A stretch of 64,000 nt of DNA from an uncultured Actinomycetota bacterium. Its GTDB lineage: Bacteria > Actinomycetota > Actinomycetes > Propionibacteriales > Nocardioidaceae. Shown piece by piece: positions 45,288 through 53,978 of the stretch. The notes beneath the pieces are model-generated. The model saw nothing but the letters and a program-made list of their open reading frames with translations, made no database searches and had not been told where the DNA came from. The stretch spans positions 55,915 through 119,914 of the forward strand of contig CAWEUL010000005.1 in NCBI GenBank assembly GCA_963812265.1, given 5' to 3'. The translations under genes and the position numbers were made by a program. The number at the start of each line of letters is the position of its first letter. Position 1 is the stretch's first letter.

Positions 45288-47015
45288 TCAGCTCGGGGCT
45301 TGCTTTGCCAGGTGGAACTCCACGGCGTGCGCGATGTCGGAGTGGACGTGGTCGTCGCCGACCTCATGGATCGCCCCGGCGCGTTCCAGGACGGCGAGCA
45401 CCTGCGGCTTGACCCGCGCCAGGTGGAAGTCGATGCGCCGGCCCCGGCCCGCCTGGGCGATCTTGCGGATCATCTCGGCTCCCTCGGCGTCGATGTAGTC
45501 CACTCCCTCCATGCTGAGAATCACCCCGGTGAGCTGGTGCTCCAACCTGACCCGAGTCTGGCGAAGGTGATCGGCCAGTGCACCGGCGTTGGCGAAGAAG
45601 AGTCCACCATCGAAACGCATGATGGCCAGGCCGGGATACGTCTGTCCGTCGGGATGTTGATCGAGGTCGTAGAAGGTGTCGCTATCGGGTCTGCGGCCGA
45701 GTTCCGCGATGGAGGGGAGTGCGGAGACGGCCACGAGCCAGATCATCGAGATGCCGACGCCGATGAAGACCCCTTGGATGATTCCGAACGTGAGCACACC
45801 CAGGAGCGCCGCGAGTGCCGCCAGGAACTCGAACCGTTTGACGTCCCAGATGCGCTTCATCTCCGGGACATTCATCATCCCCATCACGACCGCTTGGATG
45901 ATGATCGCGCCGAGTACCGCGTCAGGGAGCTGGGAGAACAGGGGCGCGAGCACCAGCAGCGTCAGGATGATCAAGACGGCCTGGGCCAGATTGGACATCT
46001 GTGACTTCGCGCCGGCGGCGTCGTTGACCGGACTCTTCGACAGGCTGCCGTTGTCGAACACTCCCTGGACGATGCCCGAGGACAGGTTCGCCACCCCCTG
46101 GGCCAGAAGCTCCTGGTTGATGTCGACCTCGTAGTTGTACTTGGACGCGTACTCGCGTACGGCTGCCGTGGTCACGGAGAAGCCGACCAGCAGCAGCCCG
46201 ACGGCGCCGGAGATGACGGTCTCCAGGTTGTCCGCGATCAGGTTGAGGTCCGGTAGAACGAGGTGCGGCAGGCCACTGGGAACTGTCCCGATCAGTGCGA
46301 CGCCCTGGTCGGCGAGACCGAACACCTCCGCGGCGGTGATTCCCAGGATGACGGCAACCAGGGCGCCGGGGACCTTGGGCGCGAGGATCGCGACTCCGAA
46401 GACGAGGGCGAGCGACAACCCGCCCACGAGCACGGTCGACCCGTTGGTCTCGGAAAGGCTGGCAAGCCAGTTCCCCGCCTTCTGCCAGGTGTTGTCCCCA
46501 GACTTCTCCGTGCCGGTGATCTTGAAGAGCTCTCCCACGGCCACGTTGATGCCCACTCCGAACGTGAACCCGGTGAGGACGGCCGCGGAGAGGAAGTTCG
46601 ACACCCAACCCATCCGAAACAGCCACATCACGATGAACAGCAACCCTGCGACGAAGACGATCGCGGCCGCCATCGTGATCGCCTCGTCCGAACCTGCCGA
46701 GGCGAACGACAGTACGGCGGCGCCGAGCACCGCCGCCGTCGAGGAGCTCGGGCCTTCGGTCACATGCTTCGACGTCGTGAAGATCGCAAAGGCGATGAGG
46801 CCGAACGCCGCGGCGTACAGGCCGTACTGCACCGGGACTCCGCTGATGGTGGCGTACCCCAAGGAGGTGGGGACCATCAGCGCCCAGACCGACAGCCCGG
46901 CGATCAGGTCAGACTTCAGCCACGACCTTTGGTAGTTGGGCAGCCAGTGGACGATCGGAAGGAACCGCGCGACACCAGTGAGCGTTCTGGGGGCGGAGGT
47001 GCTGTGGTCGGCCAT
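45288..47015 (-). CDS. SulP family anion transporter with STAS domain
   Basis: DLIAGLSV...VP..LGYA, GLYAA, NQELLA.G.AN, C-terminal FDGGLFFANA STAS. Confidence 0.95.
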   Translation of the reverse strand: MADHSTSAPRTLTGVARFLPIVHWLPNYQRSWLKSDLIAGLSVWALMVPTSLGYATISGVPVQYGLYAAAFGLIAFAIFTTSKHVTEGPSSSTAAVLGAAVLSFASAGSDEAITMAAAIVFVAGLLFIVMWLFRMGWVSNFLSAAVLTGFTFGVGINVAVGELFKITGTEKSGDNTWQKAGNWLASLSETNGSTVLVGGLSLALVFGVAILAPKVPGALVAVILGITAAEVFGLADQGVALIGTVPSGLPHLVLPDLNLIADNLETVISGAVGLLLVGFSVTTAAVREYASKYNYEVDINQELLAQGVANLSSGIVQGVFDNGSLSKSPVNDAAGAKSQMSNLAQAVLIILTLLVLAPLFSQLPDAVLGAIIIQAVVMGMMNVPEMKRIWDVKRFEFLAALAALLGVLTFGIIQGVFIGVGISMIWLVAVSALPSIAELGRRPDSDTFYDLDQHPDGQTYPGLAIMRFDGGLFFANAGALADHLRQTRVRLEHQLTGVILSMEGVDYIDAEGAEMIRKIAQAGRGRRIDFHLARVKPQVLAVLERAGAIHEVGDDHVHSDIAHAVEFHLAKQAPS

Positions 47016-47087
47016 GGCGACTCCTCTTCGTCTGTGGAAAGGCAGCGACCTGGGACTCCCACGTGGCCGGGGTGCCTACCCATGTGG

Positions 47088-48353
47088 TCATGCCTGGACC
47101 GCTGGCAGCTGGGCTCGGGTGCGGATGAGCCGGATGATGACGCTGGTCAACAGGTGCGCCGTCACGACCGCGACGGCGACCGGGGCCAGGGTCACGGGGC
47201 CAAGTCCGACCGACAGGCCAGCGATCGCCGTGAGCCCGATGGGGGCCCTGATGGCCGCGCCGGGTACGGCGGAGAGCATGCAGCCCACCGCGATCGCGTA
47301 GGGCATGCTGGGGAAGAGCTGGTGCGCGACGACGCCCGCGGTGCCTCCGACGAACAGCATCGGCAGGACGTTGCCACCGATGAACCCGGTGGCCAGGCTC
47401 AACGCCATCGCCACCATCTTTCCCACCAGCACCGCCACGAGCAGCCAGGTGCTCAACGTCGCAGCATTGTCGATGACCTCGGCCAGCTGGGCGTTGCCCG
47501 CCCCCACCGTCAGCGGCAACGCGACGGCGATGAGCCCCACCAGGGCGCCTCCGACCAGGCCGCGCACATAGGAGTTGGTGAGTCGTTCTGCCGCAGCGTT
47601 CACGATCTTCACGATCACCGCGAAGATCACCATGACCAGGCTGGACGCAGCGCCGAGCAGGCCGCCGATGAGCAGGTGCGAGGGCGCGAAGTCGTCCGCA
47701 GGGATCGCGAAACTGTTCAAGAAGGTGGTTCCGACCACCCCGAAGAAGAGCGCGAACGCGACGGTGGCCGCGATCAACTGCGGCAGGATCGCCTCGACAT
47801 ACCTCGCGCGTGGTGTGGGAGCCAGCTCGCTGACCACGATGGTCCCCAGCAGTGGCGAGGTGAAGGCGCCGCCGAAGCCGCCCGCGATCCCGGCCGCGGT
47901 CGCCTCCGACCTGGCTGGCTCGTTGCCGGGCCAGCGCCGTGACGCGATCCACGAGGCCAGTCCGCCGCCCATCATCACGAGTGCGAAGGATGGACCCAGG
48001 CTCGCTCCGGCCACGGCCGAGACGAGGGCAAGTCCGACCCAGGAGGGTGCCACCCGGTGATTCACCTCACCGGACTCGATGACGGCAACGCCACCCGGGA
48101 CGTGCTCCTGGACGTTCCACCAACGGCGTAGCCACGCCACAGTGATCCCGCCCGCGGCGGTGAAGGCCACCCACCACCATTCTCCTGACCACGCCTGGCT
48201 GCGCGGCGCACCGAATGCGAGGTCCGACATCGCTCCCGTGAGGCCGAGGTAGACCAGTCCCAGAACCCCGATGACCGCGCCCACGACGGCGGCGACCACC
48301 AGCAGCTCCCGGTACCAGGATCGGTCGAGGGGAAGCAGCGATGCGGTGGACAT
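47088..48353 (-). CDS. ClC family chloride channel/H+ antiporter
   Basis: GASLGPS (GxxGPE-like, Glu replaced), AGIAGGFGGAF.SP, GFIGGNVLP, PIG motifs. Confidence 0.8.
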   Translation of the reverse strand: MSTASLLPLDRSWYRELLVVAAVVGAVIGVLGLVYLGLTGAMSDLAFGAPRSQAWSGEWWWVAFTAAGGITVAWLRRWWNVQEHVPGGVAVIESGEVNHRVAPSWVGLALVSAVAGASLGPSFALVMMGGGLASWIASRRWPGNEPARSEATAAGIAGGFGGAFTSPLLGTIVVSELAPTPRARYVEAILPQLIAATVAFALFFGVVGTTFLNSFAIPADDFAPSHLLIGGLLGAASSLVMVIFAVIVKIVNAAAERLTNSYVRGLVGGALVGLIAVALPLTVGAGNAQLAEVIDNAATLSTWLLVAVLVGKMVAMALSLATGFIGGNVLPMLFVGGTAGVVAHQLFPSMPYAIAVGCMLSAVPGAAIRAPIGLTAIAGLSVGLGPVTLAPVAVAVVTAHLLTSVIIRLIRTRAQLPAVQA

Positions 48354-48461
48354 CAGTTACCTGCCTCCGGCCGGGGACTCACGACGAACAGCTCCTCAGG
48401 CATGGCTGACCTTCCACGGGATCCGAGGAGCGTGAACAGGTCACCACATCCGTAACACTCA

Positions 48462-48700
48462 GGGTATTCGGATTTCTTTGAAGTTACTTGAAGCGGCTCG
48501 ACCCTGTCCATGCCGTGGAGCCCCGCGTTCTGGTGGCGCGGGTCACAACTTCCCTCTGCGGGATCGCCCGCCCTCGCGCGAGTCGGCGGCGTTCGCCACC
48601 GGCCTGACTCATGGGGGGTGACGATCGCCACGGGTTCGAAGCAGGTGGGGTGTCGACTTTGTCAACACGAGAAGGTAAGTTCAAAGCAAGCGGATTACCC
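48462..48700. promoter_or_regulatory. Pair of 28-bp inverted motifs in divergent intergenic region
   Basis: 48462-48489 gggtattcggatttctttgaagttactt and 48673-48700 aggtaagttcaaagcaagcggattaccc are 22/28 reverse-complementary. Confidence 0.55.
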
Positions 48701-48758
48701 GAAATATTACCTTAGGCGATCTGGGTGAAGCCGCCCGCGAGGAAGTGAGGGGAGAGCC

Positions 48759-49931
48759 ATGGCTGACGTGGCGACGAAGCACAGCACGACAGTTCCGCTG
48801 GACTGGAACGAGGTCTGGTTCACGAACTGCCCGATGGTGTCGGCGAACAACGTCGACCAGGAGCTGGGCTGGTGCCGTGAGGAGTTCAAGAAGATCGGCG
48901 TCGAGTACGCCTACTTCCGCCACGCCCCCGAGAACAACTGGTACCCGCACTACATCCACAACCTCGACAACCTGATCCGCTTCGGTGGCCTGTACCCGCC
49001 GATCCACGTCAACGCTGACCTCCGTCGAACGGTGCTGCTGGGGGCTACCTGGGTCCACGAGGGCGGCTGCATGGCCGTGCGCGCCCGCGACCCGCTGTTC
49101 CGGATGAAGGACCTGAAGGGCAAGAAGGTCGGCATCTCCAAGAGCCTGAACACCATCAAGAACGACTGGTGGCGAGTCCAGGAGCATATGGGCATCGAGA
49201 ACATGTTGAAGCTCAACGACATGACCATGGACGACATCGAGCTGGTCGAGTTCCCGTACCCGGACGACTGGTACGACAAGCCCGAGATGCTCGTGCCGCC
49301 GATGAATAATCCCTCCGAGCTGTGGATGCGCCGCGACCACAAGCACGACCTGGCCTTCCGTCCGCTGGAGACGGCGCTGCTCGACGGCACGGTCGACGCG
49401 ATCTACACCCAGAGCAAGGTCTTCCAGCACCTGCAGGAGGCGACCGGGAAGATCAAGATGATCGAGGACCTGTCGAGGTATCCGGACTGGACGATTCAGG
49501 TGGCTAACACTCCGGCAGTCATCACCTGCACCGAGGTGATGGCCCGCGAGCACCCCGAGCTGGTGGTCGCCTACTTGAAGGCCATGGTCAAGGTCGGTCA
49601 TTGGGCCAACGATCACAAGCGAGCGGCGGGGGCGATCCTGAACCGGCAGACGTTCTACCTGGACGCGGAGGACACCTACCAGGGCATCAAGGACGTCGAC
49701 ATGGTGCCGAGCCTGAACGCCACGAACATGGCGTGCATCAAGATCGGCAAGGACTTCATGCTCAGCCACGGCTACATCAAGAACGACTTTGATGTGGACG
49801 AGTGGGCGGCGCCGGAGTTCCTCGAGCAGGCCGTGAGGGAATGGGTCGAGGAGTATTGGGAGACCAAGAGTTGGAGCAGGCTTGCCGAGGGAAGCGACCT
49901 TGAGCACGCCATGGGGCTGCGCCTCGGCTGA
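48759..49931 (+). CDS. DszB-like aryl-sulfinate desulfinase / SsuA-fold protein
   Basis: TNCP (Cys27 equivalent), PHY (His60), RFGG..PP (Arg70), DLKGKKVGIS, as in Rhodococcus DszB. Confidence 0.75.
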   Translation: MADVATKHSTTVPLDWNEVWFTNCPMVSANNVDQELGWCREEFKKIGVEYAYFRHAPENNWYPHYIHNLDNLIRFGGLYPPIHVNADLRRTVLLGATWVHEGGCMAVRARDPLFRMKDLKGKKVGISKSLNTIKNDWWRVQEHMGIENMLKLNDMTMDDIELVEFPYPDDWYDKPEMLVPPMNNPSELWMRRDHKHDLAFRPLETALLDGTVDAIYTQSKVFQHLQEATGKIKMIEDLSRYPDWTIQVANTPAVITCTEVMAREHPELVVAYLKAMVKVGHWANDHKRAAGAILNRQTFYLDAEDTYQGIKDVDMVPSLNATNMACIKIGKDFMLSHGYIKNDFDVDEWAAPEFLEQAVREWVEEYWETKSWSRLAEGSDLEHAMGLRLG

Positions 49932-50031
49932 GCCGCGAGGGCCTGCGGAGCAACCACATGACCGCGGCGTGCGATCCGACGCCGCAGCGAATCCACGACA
50001 AGGGAGACGCACAAGCACAGGAGGTGCCGTG

Positions 50032-50418
50032 GTGAAGAGCGCACGTGACCTGGTCGCGGAAGCGAACGCCCAGATCGAGACCGTGTCGGTGCAGGAGGCG
50101 GCGACCGATCTCTCCGGCGAGACTGCTGTCTTCCTCGACGTTCGCGAGCCGACCGAATGGGAGACGCACATCGAAGGCGCGCTGCAGATCCCACGGGGGA
50201 TCCTGGAGGCGGCTGCTGACCCGTCGAGCCCTCGACATGAGCCGGTATTGGACCCCGAGCGTCGAGTCATCGTGTACTGCCGGTCCGGGGCACGCTCAGC
50301 GATGGCGACCGCGACTCTGAAGATCATGGGGTTCTCCCACGCGGTCAATCTCGGTGGTGGCTTCACCGCGTGGCGAGAGGCCGGCCTTCCGGTCGCCGAG
50401 CATCACGCCGGCATCTGA
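50032..50418 (+). CDS. Rhodanese-like sulfurtransferase
   Basis: FLDVREPTEW, IPRGILE, YCRSGARS, LGGGFTAW; AGGAGG RBS. Confidence 0.9.
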   Translation: MKSARDLVAEANAQIETVSVQEAATDLSGETAVFLDVREPTEWETHIEGALQIPRGILEAAADPSSPRHEPVLDPERRVIVYCRSGARSAMATATLKIMGFSHAVNLGGGFTAWREAGLPVAEHHAGI

Positions 50419-50612
50419 TACAGCAGCACCCGAACGGGCAGCTCGAGCGAGACTCCGGGCGCGAGCATGACGTTCGCCACGTCGGCTGGTCTCACCCCCG
50501 CCGGGTGTTGCGATCCCGAGACACCCGCGGTACCCAGGATCTGGGGGCGCTCGAGCGGATGCGCGTAGTTCGAGGAAGCGCCCGAGAGGGCCACTCAGGA
50601 GGGGTGAACAGT

Positions 50613-52460
50613 ATGGGCGACTACCCGCTGATTGCAGACCACGGGCTCATCGGCGATCTTCAGACGGCTGCGCTGGTCGCCACGGACGGTTCGATCGACT
50701 GGTTCTGCGCGCCTCGCTTCGACTCACCCAGCGTGTTCGGTGCACTGCTCGACCACACCGGAGGCGGTCACTTCCGGATACGCCCGACCGAGGACGTGTT
50801 CACGACCAAGCAGCTGTACTTCCCCGACACCGCGATCCTCATCACACGGTTCCTCGCCGAGACCGGGGTCGGGGAACTCGTTGACTTCATGCCCATCACC
50901 GGCAGCGACGAAACGATCCGGCACCGGATTGTCCGGCTGGTGAGGTGCGTCCGGGGCGAGATGACCTTCACAGTCGATCTGGCGCCACGATTCGACTACG
51001 GTCGTGAGACCCACGAGGTGCACCTGACTGAAGCTGGGGCGGTCTTCCGAGGCAGCCAGACCTCGATGACGGTTCATGCGGTCCGCGAACCTGACGATGA
51101 ACGGCTGGCTGAGGCGCGGGTGACCGCGGAGGGCGATTTCCGTCTCCTGGTCCCGCTGCGGGCCGGGCAGATGCGAGGACTGGTTCTCGACACGGACTCG
51201 ACGGACCCGCCGAGGCAGGTGCGTGTTGCCGAAGTCCAGCAGCTCTTCGAAGAGACAGCCGCGTTCTGGCGTTCATGGGTCGCCCAGTCGACCTACGTCG
51301 GACGATGGCGTGAAGTGCTCCACCGCTCAGCCATCACGTTGAAGTTGATGACGTACGCCCCCAGCGGAGGGTTGATCGCGGCACCAACGGCAGGTCTCCC
51401 CGAGCAGGTCGGCGGCGAACGGAACTGGGACTACCGCTACACCTGGATACGGGACGCCTCGTTCTCGGTCTATGCGCTGCTCGGTCTGGGCTTCACCGAA
51501 GAAGCAGCGGCCTTGGGGCGCTGGCTCCAGGACAGGCTCCGAGAGCAGGCCGAGGCCGGTCGACCCAGGCCGCTGAACATCATGTACCGGGTCGACGGGT
51601 CGACCGATCTGACCGAGGAGGTGCTCGACCACTGGGAGGGCTATCGGGGGTCGCGCCCGGTCCGGATCGGAAACGGTGCCGCGGACCAGCTCCAGTTGGA
51701 CATCTACGGGGAGGCGATGGACAGCATCTACTTCGCGGACCGGCGCGGGCTCCATGCCGGCCATGAGGCGTGGATGACGATCGTCCGGTTGTTGGACTGG
51801 GTCTGCGACAACTGGGACCAGACTGACGCGGGCATCTGGGAGACCCGAGGCGGGCCGCAGAACTTCACCTACGGCCGGTTGATGAACTGGGTGGCGCTGG
51901 ACCGCGGTATCCGGCTTGCGACCAGCCACGGGAGGCCGGCGCCGCTGGACCGGTGGCGCCGCGAACGCGACGCGATCTACGAGCAGATCATGGACCGAGG
52001 GTGGAGCTCGAAGCGCCGGGCGTTCGTACAGCACTACGACACGGAGGTTCTCGACTCGTCCCTGCTACGCATGTCGACGGTCGGGTTCATCACCCCGCGC
52101 GACCCGAGGTGGCTCTCGACGCTCGAGGCCATGGACGACGAGCTTGTCACTGACAGCCTGGTGTACCGCTACGACCCAGCCGCGTCACCCGACGGCCTAC
52201 GCGGCTCCGAGGGGACGTTCTCGTTGTGCACTTTCGCCTACGTCGACTCCCTGGCCCGAGCGGGGCAGCTGGACAAGGCACGCATGGTCTTCGAGAAGAT
52301 GCTCACCTACGCCAACCATCTCGGGCTCTTCTCCGAGGAGGTCGCCCTCACCGGCGAGCAGATCGGCAACTTCCCCCAGGCATTCACCCACCTGGCCCTC
52401 ATCGATGCTGCGATCACCCTGGACCGCGAGCTCGACAAGCGGAACGGGGCCAGGCCGTGA
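50613..52460 (+). CDS. Glycoside hydrolase family 15 (trehalase/glucoamylase-like)
   Basis: IGDLQTAALV, RNWDYRYTWIRD, QLDIYGE, GIWE.RG, GLFSEE, GNFPQAFTH. Confidence 0.93.
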   Translation: MGDYPLIADHGLIGDLQTAALVATDGSIDWFCAPRFDSPSVFGALLDHTGGGHFRIRPTEDVFTTKQLYFPDTAILITRFLAETGVGELVDFMPITGSDETIRHRIVRLVRCVRGEMTFTVDLAPRFDYGRETHEVHLTEAGAVFRGSQTSMTVHAVREPDDERLAEARVTAEGDFRLLVPLRAGQMRGLVLDTDSTDPPRQVRVAEVQQLFEETAAFWRSWVAQSTYVGRWREVLHRSAITLKLMTYAPSGGLIAAPTAGLPEQVGGERNWDYRYTWIRDASFSVYALLGLGFTEEAAALGRWLQDRLREQAEAGRPRPLNIMYRVDGSTDLTEEVLDHWEGYRGSRPVRIGNGAADQLQLDIYGEAMDSIYFADRRGLHAGHEAWMTIVRLLDWVCDNWDQTDAGIWETRGGPQNFTYGRLMNWVALDRGIRLATSHGRPAPLDRWRRERDAIYEQIMDRGWSSKRRAFVQHYDTEVLDSSLLRMSTVGFITPRDPRWLSTLEAMDDELVTDSLVYRYDPAASPDGLRGSEGTFSLCTFAYVDSLARAGQLDKARMVFEKMLTYANHLGLFSEEVALTGEQIGNFPQAFTHLALIDAAITLDRELDKRNGARP

Positions 52461-52595
52461 GGGCCCCGAGCCCGACCGGTCTCGGCACGTCGCCACCCGG
52501 GCGCGTCACCAGAGTGACGTCGAGGTCGCCGGGCTCCACGAGGCAGTACATCAGTTCACTCCGGACGGCGGCCGCGAGGCGCGGTCGGGCGGAGC

Positions 52596-53933
52596 GTGGC
52601 AGAGGAGCGTGAGAAAGTGAACGTCGACAGCAAGAGCATGACAGTCAGGCAGGCTGCCTTCATCGGCGTGGGGGCCATGGTCGGCGCGGGGATCTTCGCC
52701 CTGCTTGGTCCCGCGGGAAGTGTCGCTGGAGCAGCCGTGTGGATCTCGTTCCTGATGGCTGGGGTGATTGCCGCGCTCCAGGGGTACTCCTTCGGACGAC
52801 TGGGAGCCAAGTTCCCCTCCGGCTCGGGGATGATCGAGTACGTGTCCCGGGGATTCGGTGACGGGCACGTCGCTGGGATCACCGCGTGGCTCGCGTTCGG
52901 GTCACAGTTCATCGTCACGGCGATGGTCGCCGTGTCGTTCGGCGGCTACGCCAGTGCGATGTTCGCCGGCGGCGAAGCCGGCTGGGCCAAGACCTTCACA
53001 GCGCTGCTCCTGTTGGTCATGGCGGCGCTGAACGTGGTGGGCGCCAAGGCCGTGGCCAAGGCCCAAGGACTCATCGTCCGGGTGGTGATCACCATCCTCG
53101 TGTTCTTCGCCGTCGTCACGATGGCCACGGCCGATTGGTCGTTGCTCGCCCCTTCGGGGTACCCGAGCCTGCGCGTGATCTTCTCGAGTGTCGCGCTGAC
53201 CTTCTTCGCCTTCCTCGGGTTCGGCGTCATCACCTTCACCGCGAACGACTTGGCGGAACCCACCCGCGAGCTCCCACGGGCGATGTATCTCGCGCTGGGG
53301 ATCGCAACGGTCGTGTACGTCGCGATCTCGCTCGGGGTCTACGGCACGTTGACCGTCGATGAGGCCATCGCCGCCGGCGACACGGCCGTGGCCGAAGCGG
53401 CAAAGCCAGCTCTCGGTGACATCGGCTATGTGCTGATGGCCGTGACGGCTCTGTTCGCCACGGCGGGTGCGACCAACTCCGGTCTCTACCCGGCGGCTGG
53501 GCTGTCGAGGGACCTGGCAGACAAAGGCCAGTTCCCACCGGTGCTCGGCAAGAACCTAGGACGTCTCCCGGTGGGTCTCCTGGTCATGGTCTTGGCTACC
53601 CTGGCGATGGCTCTGTTCCTGGACCTGACCGCGATCGCATCGATCGGCAGCGCCGTGGCCCTGTTGATCTTCACCTTGGTGACCATCGCCCATGTGCGTG
53701 TTCGCGAGACCACCGGCGCGCGCCTGTGGGTCCTGATGCTCGCCTTGCTGACGACGGTCGCGACCCTGGTCGCGTTCGCGACAACCACCCTCGCGGAGGA
53801 GCCTGCGACAGCCAGCACGCTGGTGGCACTGCTCGTCCTCGCGGTCGCGCTGGACCTGGTGTGGAAGCACCTTCGGGCTGGACGCGAGTCGCGCTCAGAC
53901 GCGGCGGAACCGCACCAGGTCGCTGGCGGATGA
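52596..53933 (+). CDS. APC family amino acid permease
   Basis: GVGAMVGAGIF, FFAFLGF; about 12 TM helices. Confidence 0.9.
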   Translation: MAEEREKVNVDSKSMTVRQAAFIGVGAMVGAGIFALLGPAGSVAGAAVWISFLMAGVIAALQGYSFGRLGAKFPSGSGMIEYVSRGFGDGHVAGITAWLAFGSQFIVTAMVAVSFGGYASAMFAGGEAGWAKTFTALLLLVMAALNVVGAKAVAKAQGLIVRVVITILVFFAVVTMATADWSLLAPSGYPSLRVIFSSVALTFFAFLGFGVITFTANDLAEPTRELPRAMYLALGIATVVYVAISLGVYGTLTVDEAIAAGDTAVAEAAKPALGDIGYVLMAVTALFATAGATNSGLYPAAGLSRDLADKGQFPPVLGKNLGRLPVGLLVMVLATLAMALFLDLTAIASIGSAVALLIFTLVTIAHVRVRETTGARLWVLMLALLTTVATLVAFATTTLAEEPATASTLVALLVLAVALDLVWKHLRAGRESRSDAAEPHQVAGG

Positions 53934-53978
53934 GATTCAGCTGACTGAGATCGGTCGACACGGCAACAGGAGGACAAC

